From: an uncultured Pelagibacteraceae bacterium
GTDB taxonomy: Bacteria > Pseudomonadota > Alphaproteobacteria > Pelagibacterales > Pelagibacteraceae
Length of the DNA stretch: 64,000 nucleotides
Assembly: GCA_902625715.1 (NCBI GenBank)
Contig: CACOCP010000002.1
Span: 13,575-77,574, forward strand
Reading direction: 5' to 3'
The notes under the pieces were generated by a model. It was not told where the DNA came from, made no database searches, and saw nothing but the letters and a program-made list of their open reading frames with translations. How positions within the stretch are numbered: the first letter of the stretch is position 1; each line of letters starts with the position of its first letter. The translations under genes and the position numbers were made by a program. This document shows positions 44,439 to 54,256 of this stretch, in pieces.

Positions 44439-45791
44439 CTAATTACTTAATAAAGATGACCAAGATGGGTCTGAAGCATCTGTCTCAGTATTCACCATTC
44501 TCTCATTATATCCAGTTAAATCAATTGACCAAAGCTTTGCTGTAAAACCTTCACCTTTATCATTTGATTTTGTCTCTCTATAAAATATAAGAACTCTTCC
44601 ATTTGGAGCCCATGAAGGTGCTTCTTGATAGTAATTTTCTGTAAGCAACCTTTCACCTTTCCCATCTACACGCATAACTCCAATATAAAACTTACCCTTA
44701 TGAAGTTTAGTAAAAGCAATTAAGTCTCCTCTGGGAGACCATACTGGTGTACCATACAATCCTTTCCCGAAAGAAATTCTTTTTACATCTGAACCGTCAC
44801 TTTTCATAACATAAATTTGTTGGTATCCACTTCTATCCGAATTGAATGTAATAAATTTACCATCTGGTGAGTAAGAAGGGGATGTATCTATTGATGGATG
44901 ATTGGTAATTCTCTCAACAATTCTATTTTCAATATCCATAGTATAAATATCTGAATTGCCATCTTTCGCAAAACTCATTATTATTTTTTTTCCATCTGGT
45001 GAAAATCTTGGGGCAAATGTCATCCCTGGAAAATCTCCTACAACTTCTTGGATCCCTGTCTCAATATCTAATAAATAAACTCTAGGTAAATTTCTAAAAT
45101 ACGAGAGGTAGGTTACCATTTGGTTGGTGGGATTAAATCTTGGGGTGAGTACTAGCTCATTACCAAGAGTTAAATATTTTGTGTTAAATCCATCTTGATC
45201 CATTATAGCAAGTTTTTTTATACGTTGGGTTTTTGGACCTTCTTCTGAAACATAAATTATTCTTGTATCAAAATATCCTTTTTCCCCAGTAAGTCTTTGA
45301 TAAACCTTATCTGTAATTATATGACCTACTCTTCTCCAATTGCTTGGAACTGTTGTGAATGCAAGTGCAAGCATTTCTCTCCCTGCGAGCACATCCCATA
45401 ATCTAAACTCAACTTTGAGTTTCTCATTAATGGCTGTTACTTTACCGGTTATCAAGGCTTGAGATTTAATTAATGCCCAATCCTCAAATCTAGGTTTAAG
45501 ATGAGCAATGTCAGGTTTTTGAAGAAAAGCATCCTTGCTCAAAGGATTAAACAATCCAGATTGTTTTAAATTATTTTCAATTACTTTTGAAATTTCTGAT
45601 CCTAAATCTTTAATTTCCAATTCATTTTCGAAAAACGTATTGGAATTATTATCTTGAAACAATGGTGAGACAGCAATAGGAAGTGGATTTAAATTTCCAC
45701 GAGTTATATCTACTTCAACGAGCGAATAAGATTTAGAAATACTTATAAATAATATTAAGATTATATTTAAAATTAATCTAAATTTTTTCAT
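44439..45791 (-). CDS. tolB: TolB
   Basis: MDQDG, repeated P(S/R)(F/W/Y)SPDG beta-propeller motifs. Confidence 0.97.
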   Translation of the reverse strand: MKKFRLILNIILILFISISKSYSLVEVDITRGNLNPLPIAVSPLFQDNNSNTFFENELEIKDLGSEISKVIENNLKQSGLFNPLSKDAFLQKPDIAHLKPRFEDWALIKSQALITGKVTAINEKLKVEFRLWDVLAGREMLALAFTTVPSNWRRVGHIITDKVYQRLTGEKGYFDTRIIYVSEEGPKTQRIKKLAIMDQDGFNTKYLTLGNELVLTPRFNPTNQMVTYLSYFRNLPRVYLLDIETGIQEVVGDFPGMTFAPRFSPDGKKIIMSFAKDGNSDIYTMDIENRIVERITNHPSIDTSPSYSPDGKFITFNSDRSGYQQIYVMKSDGSDVKRISFGKGLYGTPVWSPRGDLIAFTKLHKGKFYIGVMRVDGKGERLLTENYYQEAPSWAPNGRVLIFYRETKSNDKGEGFTAKLWSIDLTGYNERMVNTETDASDPSWSSLLSN

Positions 45792-46762
45792 TAACCCCCT
45801 AGCATTTCTCTAGCATCAAAGTTTAGTTGAAGGTTTTTCCACCTCTCATAACCGCTAGTAGGTACTTTTAGAGGTTGACACAATTGAATTGCTCTAAGAG
45901 CACTTTCGGCTAGTACTTTATAGAAACCTTGTCCTGGCATATTCATTCTTGCATGATCCAAAATTTCAGATTTTATAAGTGTTCCATCTGGTTTTAATTT
46001 TAATTTTATTCTAACTAACAAATTTTCATTATATGGTAAACCTAAGGGAATACTCCAACAACCAAAAATTTGGGCTTTTAAGGAATCTTCTTCACTCAAA
46101 GTTAATGCAGATATATCCATAGTATCATCTTGAGATTGTGAAATTTTATCCACTTTTTTGTTTGTTTCTCCAATATCTTCTTTAGATTTATCTATTAAAG
46201 CTGCAATATTATTTGGATCAAATAGTTCTTTCTTTTCAAACTCAGATGCTTGTTTAACTTTAGTATCGTCTATCTTTGGTTTTTTGGGTTTAATTATCTC
46301 TTTTAAATTTTCATCTTCTGTTAAATCTTTAGACGGTTTTTGTTTTTTTTCTTCTTCAACTGAAAGTTTTTCATTAGTTTTATCAGGTAATGGAATTGCA
46401 TCTAATTTCTCTTTTTTAACAATTTCTTTTTTTGTCTCTGGTGTAGGAGTTTTTTTTGAAGTCAACTCAGTAATATTTTCCTTATTTTTTTCTGGACTAA
46501 TATCTTTTTTTTCATCTTTTTTAATTTTTTTCGGTGGAGCTTGTTCAGAAACCAATTTTTCTTTATCTTTTTTTACTTTCTCTATAATTTTTTTTGCCTT
46601 TGGAGCAAAAGGTATGTTTGTTTTGTCAGAAATCTGAATGAGCTCGACTGAAACTAGTGGTGGTATATTCAATGGCTTCTTAGCAATAAAAGGTAATGTA
46701 AAAATACTTAAAACAATTATAGCAGTGTGAAAAATTGATGAAAAAAACAAACTTTTATACAA
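45791..46762 (-). CDS. tolA: TolA-like envelope integrity protein
   Basis: TM with S-x3-H, K/E-rich linker, CWSIP...[10 protein letters not shown]-domain; lies between tolR and tolB. Confidence 0.88.
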   Translation of the reverse strand: MYKSLFFSSIFHTAIIVLSIFTLPFIAKKPLNIPPLVSVELIQISDKTNIPFAPKAKKIIEKVKKDKEKLVSEQAPPKKIKKDEKKDISPEKNKENITELTSKKTPTPETKKEIVKKEKLDAIPLPDKTNEKLSVEEEKKQKPSKDLTEDENLKEIIKPKKPKIDDTKVKQASEFEKKELFDPNNIAALIDKSKEDIGETNKKVDKISQSQDDTMDISALTLSEEDSLKAQIFGCWSIPLGLPYNENLLVRIKLKLKPDGTLIKSEILDHARMNMPGQGFYKVLAESALRAIQLCQPLKVPTSGYERWKNLQLNFDAREMLGG

Positions 46763-46764
46763 GT

Positions 46765-47181
46765 TTACCTCTCTTTGTATGGTTCAGATATCAAGGCTAC
46801 TTTAGTAAATCCTGAACCGGAGAGCATACCCATTATTTCTAGCACTCTTCCATAGTTAATAGTTTTATCTCCCCTTACAAAAATTCTTGTATCAGTTCTG
46901 TTATTTGAAACTGCTAAAATTTTTGCAATTATTTTTTCATACTCAACTTTTGTTTCTTGAATAAAAATCTCTCCTTTAGAATTAATTGTTAATGTCAACG
47001 GCTCAGTTTCTTCTGGCAAAGTATCAGCAGAAGACTCTGGTAAATCAACTTGAACACCAACAGTTAATAAAGGAGCCGTGACCATAAAAATTATAAGCAG
47101 CACAAGCATAACATCAACAAAAGGAGTTACATTTATTTCGCTCATTGGTTCTTTTTTTGAACGTTTTAAATTAAATGCCAT
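46765..47181 (-). CDS. tolR: TolR
   Basis: EINVTPFVDVMLVLLIIFM. Confidence 0.96.
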   Translation of the reverse strand: MAFNLKRSKKEPMSEINVTPFVDVMLVLLIIFMVTAPLLTVGVQVDLPESSADTLPEETEPLTLTINSKGEIFIQETKVEYEKIIAKILAVSNNRTDTRIFVRGDKTINYGRVLEIMGMLSGSGFTKVALISEPYKER

Positions 47182-47183
47182 TT

Positions 47184-47858
47184 CTAAATTATAGAAATAA
47201 ATCTCTTTGAAAAGTTTTCCAGTTTTTGAGAGTATTTTTTAGAGTCATTGCTAAATTTATTGTATGCAATAACTGCTGGAATTGCCGCTAATAAACCTAA
47301 AGCTGTTGCGAATAATGCTTCTGCAATACCTGGAGCAACAATTGCTAAACTTGTATTTCTTGAAATGGCAATTGATTGAAATGAATTCATAATGCCCCAT
47401 ACAGTTCCAAACAATCCTATAAATGGAGCAGTTGATCCTACGGTTGCAAGAAAGGTGTAATTTTTATCTACGTTGGTCATTTGCTTTTCAATATTTGCTT
47501 CCAAAACACCTTCTAATCTCTCGGATAAATTTGATTTTGATCTTGATTTCATCACCATTTGCATTGAGCTTTTAAATACTTCAGCCATTGGATCATTGGT
47601 AGCTGACGGTAAATTATTATAAAATGTTTCTGCAGATTTTGATTTCCAAAATTTTTCTTCAAATTCATCTGCACTTTTATTTATTTTTCTAAACAGTCTT
47701 ATCTTGTCAAAAATTATAGCCCAAGAGTAAATTGAAAAGGCTACTAAAATAATCATTACTGATTTCACTATTATGTCTGCTCTTAGAAATAAGCTAACTA
47801 AAGAAAAATCTGTGTTACTTGCAAGTCCAACAGCTTGTGAGGTTATATCTGCTTCCAT
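47184..47858 (-). CDS. tolQ: TolQ
   Basis: APFIGLFGTVWGIM, APGIAEALFATA. Confidence 0.97.
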   Translation of the reverse strand: MEADITSQAVGLASNTDFSLVSLFLRADIIVKSVMIILVAFSIYSWAIIFDKIRLFRKINKSADEFEEKFWKSKSAETFYNNLPSATNDPMAEVFKSSMQMVMKSRSKSNLSERLEGVLEANIEKQMTNVDKNYTFLATVGSTAPFIGLFGTVWGIMNSFQSIAISRNTSLAIVAPGIAEALFATALGLLAAIPAVIAYNKFSNDSKKYSQKLENFSKRFISII

Positions 47859-47922
47859 AGTTTCTTCTCACACTCAATTGTGTCATTAATTTGGCTCTTA
47901 TTTCCTAATATTTTGGATTTAA

Positions 47923-48402
47923 TTATTTCCCTAAAGTTTCAAAATAATATTTAGCAATTAATATTGCATCAGCTTTGTTTGCATCTTTTTTTTTTGATAA
48001 TTCGGAAGATATATATGGATAAGTCTCAATTACTTTAGTCCTGCTAGCATCTTTCTCAGAGTTAAGTAAATTAAAATGCTTTTTCCATTTAACAGGTCTT
48101 ACTAAAATTACTGGCAATTTTAATGCTGCACAAACACCTTTTATTACACCAAAAGATTGTCCAAAACTAAACATTCCTGTAACTCCTTGTCCTGGCATTG
48201 CACTAACATTCTCGAGAATTACTCTATCATCATGTGAAATATTTTCCTTTGTAAGGATGTTTGCTAATTCAGCTGCATTAATTTGTTTTTTTGACTTTGT
48301 GCCTTCTGTCATAGTTGGCATGTCAACAACCATTGAAATGTTTCCATTTCTTAATATAGATATTGCTCCACTAATCCCAGGGTCTATTCCAACTAAATTC
48401 AT
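47923..48402 (-). CDS. RuvC-fold Holliday junction resolvase, MOC1/phage-like subtype
   Basis: GIDPGISGA, ILENVSAMPGQG, WKKHF, KDASR, KADAILIA; occupies the ruvC position after yebC. Confidence 0.8.
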   Translation of the reverse strand: MNLVGIDPGISGAISILRNGNISMVVDMPTMTEGTKSKKQINAAELANILTKENISHDDRVILENVSAMPGQGVTGMFSFGQSFGVIKGVCAALKLPVILVRPVKWKKHFNLLNSEKDASRTKVIETYPYISSELSKKKDANKADAILIAKYYFETLGK

Positions 48403-48405
48403 TAA

Positions 48406-49128
48406 TTAATTCTCAAATTTTGCATTTGTAAAAATATTTTGTACATCTTCATCATCATCTAAGGTTTCTAAAAATTTAATCATATTATCCTTGTTTTCTC
48501 CTGATAGATTTACTGTATTTAATGGGACCCATTGAATTTCTGTAGACAAAAAATTTTCAATTTTTTTTTCTAATTTATTTTTTACTTCATATATCTCTGT
48601 ATTAGCAGTATGTACTTCATGAAAATTCTCGTGGGAAAAACATTCATTTGCACCACTTTCAATTGCTAGATCAAGCATACCCGCTTCATCAATTTCGTCT
48701 TTATTTATTTTTATTACTCCTAACTGTTGAAAGTTATGTGATGCCGACCCTTGAGTTCCAAGTCCACCACCACTTTTTTGAAAAATAGTTCTAATATTTG
48801 AAGCTGTTCTATTTTTGTTATCTGTTAAAGTTTCAACTATAACAGCTGTTTTATTTGGACCAAAACCTTCATATCGAAGATTTTCAAAGTTCGAGTCTGC
48901 ACTAATACTAGATTTATCTATTGCTCTCTCTATATTATCCTTAGGCATATTTGCTGATCTTGCAGCTTGAATTGCTGATCGTAATCGAGCATTCATATCT
49001 GGATTTTTATCTCCAAGTTTTGCTGCAACTGTTATTTCGCGTGAAAGTTTAGAGAAAATTTTAGATCTTTGTTTGTCAGCTTTTCCTTTTTTGTGTTTGA
49101 TACCTGCCCAATGCGAATGTCCAGCCAT
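48406..49128 (-). CDS. yebC: YebC/PmpR family protein
   Basis: MAGHSHWAGIKHKKG, YEGFGP, TDNKNRT. Confidence 0.97.
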   Translation of the reverse strand: MAGHSHWAGIKHKKGKADKQRSKIFSKLSREITVAAKLGDKNPDMNARLRSAIQAARSANMPKDNIERAIDKSSISADSNFENLRYEGFGPNKTAVIVETLTDNKNRTASNIRTIFQKSGGGLGTQGSASHNFQQLGVIKINKDEIDEAGMLDLAIESGANECFSHENFHEVHTANTEIYEVKNKLEKKIENFLSTEIQWVPLNTVNLSGENKDNMIKFLETLDDDEDVQNIFTNAKFEN

Positions 49129-49131
49129 GAT

Positions 49132-49938
49132 TTAAATATTTTCAGTTAATTTACCACCATATATAAAACTAGATACACTTTTGGCCAAGCCATTATTCTC
49201 ATCGGCATCCACTATCATACCACAAAGTGTTGCTTCTCCTTTGGCCGGATACTGTTTTTTTGAATCTCTTTTAAAAAATCTATTTATTGAATTTTGTTTA
49301 TTCATTCCTATTACAGAATCATAATCCCCACACATTCCAGCGTCAGTTAAATAAGCTGTTCCATTCTCTAATATTCTTGCATCATTTGTTGGTACATGTG
49401 TATGTGTACCGACCACAATGGTTGCATGACCATCTAAGTAATGACCCATAGCCATTTTTTCACTAGTAATCTCACCATGAAAATCTACAACTAAAAAATC
49501 ATAATTTTTTTTTAATTTATGATATTCAATAAAATTTTTTGTAAATTCAAATACGTCTTTGCATTTTTTCATAAAAACATTTCCCATCAAATTTAAAACA
49601 CCAACTCTCGAACCTTTTTTTGACATATAAACTTCAAATCCACTTCCAGGAACTTCGTTAAGTAAATTTTCTGGTCTTAATAATCTTTTCTCTTTTTTTA
49701 TAAATTCGAAAGTTTCTTTCTGATCCCAAACATGATTGCCAGTTGTGATAACATCTACTCCTGAACTGATTAACTCTTTTACATTATTTTCAGTTATTCC
49801 AACTCCGTCTATAGCTGCATTTTCTCCATTAGCTATGACAAAATTAATTTTATTTTTTTCTATAATTGTTTGTAAATGTTTTTTTACTGCAATACATCCC
49901 GAGTCCCCAACTATATCGCCTAGAAACAAAATTTTCAT
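49132..49938 (-). CDS. YmdB/TIGR00282-type metallophosphoesterase
   Basis: GDIVG, NGENAA, GNHVWD, DFHGEITSEK, GTHTHV. Confidence 0.93.
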   Translation of the reverse strand: MKILFLGDIVGDSGCIAVKKHLQTIIEKNKINFVIANGENAAIDGVGITENNVKELISSGVDVITTGNHVWDQKETFEFIKKEKRLLRPENLLNEVPGSGFEVYMSKKGSRVGVLNLMGNVFMKKCKDVFEFTKNFIEYHKLKKNYDFLVVDFHGEITSEKMAMGHYLDGHATIVVGTHTHVPTNDARILENGTAYLTDAGMCGDYDSVIGMNKQNSINRFFKRDSKKQYPAKGEATLCGMIVDADENNGLAKSVSSFIYGGKLTENI

Positions 49939-50477
49939 TAATAGATTTTATTTTCTGTTATGATGAAATCTAATTTTTTGTCAAATTTGTTTACAGGTAA
50001 TTTTTCAATTTTCTGAAAAGAAAACGATAATCCAACTGTTTTAAATTTTTTTAATTTACCAACTTTTTCTATATATCTATCGTAATAACCTCCACCATAT
50101 CCTAATCGAAACTTATTTTTATCAAAACCAACTAAAGGGACTAAAATAAGATCAGGATATAAAATTTTTTCGGACACAGGTTCAGGAATTCCCATATTAT
50201 TTACTTTTAAATGAGTGCCTGATGACCAATTGAAAAAATTCATTTGATTGGAGTCGCCAACAACAGGTAGTGAAATTAAGAATTTTTTTTCTAGAAATTT
50301 TTTTAAAACGGGCAAACAGTCAAATTCATAATTTATTGGGTAGTAACCACCAATGGTGTTAATTTTAAATTTTATATTTTTTATTATATCGAAAATTTTC
50401 GTTTCAATATTTTCAAACTTCTTAAACTTTTTTTTTCTTATAAAAATTAATTTTTTTCTTAGTAATTTTTTTGACAA
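49938..50477 (-). CDS. ygfA: 5-formyltetrahydrofolate cyclo-ligase
   Basis: GIPEP, VPLVGFD, RLGYGGGYYDR; TTG start. Confidence 0.95.
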   Translation of the reverse strand: MSKKLLRKKLIFIRKKKFKKFENIETKIFDIIKNIKFKINTIGGYYPINYEFDCLPVLKKFLEKKFLISLPVVGDSNQMNFFNWSSGTHLKVNNMGIPEPVSEKILYPDLILVPLVGFDKNKFRLGYGGGYYDRYIEKVGKLKKFKTVGLSFSFQKIEKLPVNKFDKKLDFIITENKIY

Positions 50478-50479
50478 TT

Positions 50480-50926
50480 TTACTGAATATTTGTATCTGG
50501 ATTATTTTTTTGTATAAAATTTTCTATTTCTTTGGTCGCTGTATCTATCAAATTTTCATAATTGTTTTTTTGATTTTGGATTTCAAACTCAAGCTTGGTT
50601 TGATTATCAGATAGTTTTAAAATTTCTTTCTCTTTTTCATCTTTATAGTTGTAAACTAAGGATTTTAATTCCTTAAATTTACTAATTAAATTTTGAATTT
50701 CTATCTTTTGTTTTTCTAATTTTTTTTTAGTCTCAAAGTATTCATCCATTGTTGTAATTGAAGTAATAAGTAAAAGCTTATTTTCACCTATGTTGCCAAG
50801 CGAATTTTTTAGACCGCTGAACTTTTGACTTAGATGTGATGATAGCTCCTCTAAATGTTCCTCTTGCCCATCCTCACAGGATAGCAAGTATTCTTTACCA
50901 TTAAACTTGATATTTACATTTGCCAT
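50480..50926 (-). CDS. zapA: Cell division protein ZapA with C-terminal coiled-coil extension
   Basis: NGKEYLLSCEDGQEEHL motif. Confidence 0.9.
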   Translation of the reverse strand: MANVNIKFNGKEYLLSCEDGQEEHLEELSSHLSQKFSGLKNSLGNIGENKLLLITSITTMDEYFETKKKLEKQKIEIQNLISKFKELKSLVYNYKDEKEKEILKLSDNQTKLEFEIQNQKNNYENLIDTATKEIENFIQKNNPDTNIQ

Positions 50927-51237
50927 TTTTCAATTTCATCTAACAAACTATCGGTTTCTTGATTTAATTCATCTATTTTCTCTGAAAATTTTTGCTCTCT
51001 TCTTTTTTCATCCTCATCCTTAGACTTAAATTCATCAAACTCTTGCTTTAATTTCAGATTTTCTTTTTCTAAAAAATTATAATTTTCTAATAATTGTTTA
51101 TATTCAATTTCTAATTGATTTTTTTGCTCTATAAGATTTTCTAATTCTGGGGAATTATCTTTTTTAGCTAAATCTAAATTTTTAAGTTTTTCCAGTGTTT
51201 GATTTAATTTTTTTTCTTTTTCGATTATAGAATTCAT
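50914..51237 (-). CDS. Coiled-coil protein upstream of zapA (ZapB/DUF4164-like position)
   Basis: All-helical heptad pattern; position only. Confidence 0.65.
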   Translation of the reverse strand: MNSIIEKEKKLNQTLEKLKNLDLAKKDNSPELENLIEQKNQLEIEYKQLLENYNFLEKENLKLKQEFDEFKSKDEDEKRREQKFSEKIDELNQETDSLLDEIEKWQM

Positions 51238-51291
51238 TATATATAAACATACTATTAAATTGAGTCACCTAAGTCTATACAGGATAATTTT

Positions 51292-53259
51292 TTGAGAATA
51301 CAAAATAAAGATTTATCTAAAGCAATTCGTGTTCTTTCAATGGATGCAGTTGAAAAAGCTAATTCAGGCCATCCTGGGATGCCTATGGGAATGGCAGATG
51401 TTGCAACCGTCCTTTTTAAAAATTTTCTAAAATTTAATTCATCCAATCCAAGTTGGATCAATAGAGATAGGTTTGTTTTATCTGCTGGCCATGGATCAAT
51501 GTTATTATATTCTTTGTTGTATCTAACTGGTTATAAAAGCATCAGTATTTCTGATATTAAAAACTTTAGACAGCTAAATTCTATTTGCGCTGGACATCCT
51601 GAGTATGAAAAAAACTCTGGAATAGAAACAACAACTGGACCCTTAGGACAAGGAATTGCAAATGCAGTTGGTTTTGCAATTGCTGAAGAAGTTTTAAAAA
51701 GGAAATTGGGAAGTAAAATAATTAATCATAAAACTTATGTTTTGGCAGGTGATGGATGTTTGATGGAGGGTATAAGTCACGAGGCAATGAGTTTAGCAGG
51801 CCACCTAAAACTTAAAAATTTAATCATGTTGTTTGATAACAACTCTATTTCAATTGATGGACCAACTAGTCTTGCCGTATCAGATAACTATAAAAAAAGG
51901 TTTGAAAGCTATGGTTGGAATTATATAGATATTGATGGTCATAACGAAAAACAAATATTTAGTGCAATTAAAAAAGCACAAAAAGCAATAAAGCCAACGG
52001 TTATCTCATGTAAGACACAAATAGGATTTGGCTCACCCAATAAAAGTGGCAAAGCATCTTCTCATGGCAGTCCTCTTGGACCTAAAGAGATTGAGTTAGT
52101 AAGAAAAAAGTTAAACTGGCCTTTCAAACCGTTTGAAGTACCAAAAAATATTTTAAAAGAATGGAGAAAAATAGGACTTAAAGGTTCCAAGACAGAAGCA
52201 AAATGGAAGAAAAATTTTTCAAGAAATAAAAATAGATTAAAAGAATTGTTTAATAATAATTTTTCTCATTCGATTATAAAACAAAAGAAAGATGTTATCG
52301 CAAATTTAAAACCATTAGCAACGAGAAAGTCTTCTGAGGCTGTTTTAAACTCATTATTTAAATTAAAAAATAATTTAATTGGAGGGTCTGCAGATCTAGC
52401 AGGTTCAAATAATACAAAATCTAAATTTAACAAAGTTATAAATGCTAAAAATTTTGATGGTGACTATATTCATTACGGAGTGAGAGAACATGCAATGTGT
52501 GGAATAATGAATGGTTTAGCATTGCACAGTAATTTAATTCCGTATGGAGGAACTTTTTTAATATTTTCAGATTATTGCAAGCCTTCAATTAGACTTTCTG
52601 CATTAATGAAGCAAAGAGTAATTTATGTAATGACTCATGATTCTATTGGATTAGGTGAAGATGGTCCAACCCATCAACCTATTGAACAATTATCAGGTCT
52701 AAGATCTATACCAAATTTAAATATACTTAGACCTGCCGATCAAACAGAAACCATTGAGTGCTGGGATCTCGCGCTAAAAAACTCAAAAACTCCAAGTATT
52801 CTTGCATTGACAAGACAAAACTTAGATCCAATAAGAAAACGTTTCACATCTACGAATAAATGCTCTTATGGCGCTTATGAGGTAATGAGAACAAATAAAA
52901 AAATAAAGATAACTATACTAGCTACTGGCTCTGAGGTAAATCTAGCTTTAAATATAAGTCATAAATTAGCCAAAGAAAAAATATACTCAAAAGTTATATC
53001 TATGCCTTGCCAAGAAATTTTTGATAAACAAAGTCAAAAATATAAAAGTAAAATTTTAAATGAAACTAACAAAATATTTTCTATAGAAGCGGGATCAGAC
53101 CAATCATGGTCAAAATATATCAACAATAAAGGATTAGCATTTTCAATTAATGATTTTGGAAAAAGTGCTCCTTATATTAAGGTATATGATCATTTCGGAT
53201 TAAATGTTGAAAAAATTTGTAAAAAAATAAAATTGAACATCAAAAAAAATGGCAATTAA
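51292..53259 (+). CDS. tkt: Transketolase
   Basis: SGHPG, SAGHGSM, GDGCLMEG, THDSIGLGEDGPTHQP. Confidence 0.99.
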   Translation: MRIQNKDLSKAIRVLSMDAVEKANSGHPGMPMGMADVATVLFKNFLKFNSSNPSWINRDRFVLSAGHGSMLLYSLLYLTGYKSISISDIKNFRQLNSICAGHPEYEKNSGIETTTGPLGQGIANAVGFAIAEEVLKRKLGSKIINHKTYVLAGDGCLMEGISHEAMSLAGHLKLKNLIMLFDNNSISIDGPTSLAVSDNYKKRFESYGWNYIDIDGHNEKQIFSAIKKAQKAIKPTVISCKTQIGFGSPNKSGKASSHGSPLGPKEIELVRKKLNWPFKPFEVPKNILKEWRKIGLKGSKTEAKWKKNFSRNKNRLKELFNNNFSHSIIKQKKDVIANLKPLATRKSSEAVLNSLFKLKNNLIGGSADLAGSNNTKSKFNKVINAKNFDGDYIHYGVREHAMCGIMNGLALHSNLIPYGGTFLIFSDYCKPSIRLSALMKQRVIYVMTHDSIGLGEDGPTHQPIEQLSGLRSIPNLNILRPADQTETIECWDLALKNSKTPSILALTRQNLDPIRKRFTSTNKCSYGAYEVMRTNKKIKITILATGSEVNLALNISHKLAKEKIYSKVISMPCQEIFDKQSQKYKSKILNETNKIFSIEAGSDQSWSKYINNKGLAFSINDFGKSAPYIKVYDHFGLNVEKICKKIKLNIKKNGN

Positions 53260-54256
53260 AATTGGAATTAATGGTATGGGCCGTATCGGGAGAATGGTTG
53301 TACGATCAATTTATGAAAATTATAAAGGGAAAGTTCAAATTAAACATATTAATAATAGATCAGGCTCAGAAATTTGTGCAAACTTGTTAAAATACGATTC
53401 AGTTCATGGAAAATTTAGTGCTGAGATAAAATTTAATTCGAACTATTTAAGAATTAATAAAGACAAAATTTCATTTTCACAATTCTCAAATATTCAAGAC
53501 ATAAATTGGAAAAAATATAATGTTGATTATGTATTTGAGTGCACTGGCAAATTCAATTCCAAAGAAAAACTAATACCGCATCTAAAAAATGGAGCAAAAA
53601 AAGTCATAGTATCAGCTCCGTGTAAAAATGCAGACAAAACAGTTGTTTTTGGCGTTAATCATAGAAAAATTAAAAAGAGTGATAATATAATTTCAGCTGC
53701 ATCTTGTACAACTAATTGCCTTGCTCCTATTGCAGATGTAATAAATAAAAATTTTATAATCCAAAATGGCTTTATGACAACCATTCACGCTTTTACAACA
53801 GATCAAAGAATATTAGATAATTCACATAAAGACCCGAGACGAGCAAGATCTGCTAGCCAATCAATTGTGCCAACATCAACCGGTGCTTCTAGAGCAATTG
53901 GGGAGATTATACCTTCATTAAAAGGAAAGCTTGAAGGAATTGCAATGAGAGTGCCAACACCTAATGTATCTTTGGTTGAGTTTGTTTTTAATGTTAAAAA
54001 AAATATTTCTAAAGAAAAATTAAATAATTCATTTTCAAAAGCATCGAATTCATACCTAAAAAATATCTTAGATGTTACAAAAGAAAAATTAGTATCAATA
54101 GATTTCAACCATAATAGCTCATCGGCAACATTAGATAGTTCTCTGACTAATGTCGTTGGTTTAAAAATGGGAAAAATTTCTGCGTGGTATGACAATGAAT
54201 GGGGTTTTTCAAATAGAATGTGTGATATTGCAAGGTATTTAAGCAAAATCAATTAA
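53249..54256 (+). CDS. gap: Type I glyceraldehyde-3-phosphate dehydrogenase
   Basis: GINGMGRIGR, ASCTTNCLAP, WYDNEWG. Confidence 0.95.
   Translation: MAIKIGINGMGRIGRMVVRSIYENYKGKVQIKHINNRSGSEICANLLKYDSVHGKFSAEIKFNSNYLRINKDKISFSQFSNIQDINWKKYNVDYVFECTGKFNSKEKLIPHLKNGAKKVIVSAPCKNADKTVVFGVNHRKIKKSDNIISAASCTTNCLAPIADVINKNFIIQNGFMTTIHAFTTDQRILDNSHKDPRRARSASQSIVPTSTGASRAIGEIIPSLKGKLEGIAMRVPTPNVSLVEFVFNVKKNISKEKLNNSFSKASNSYLKNILDVTKEKLVSIDFNHNSSSATLDSSLTNVVGLKMGKISAWYDNEWGFSNRMCDIARYLSKIN

Noticed and set aside
46158-46637. Low-complexity K/E-rich stretch resembling a repeat array
   Set aside because: Normal TolA periplasmic linker; no discrete nucleotide repeat unit
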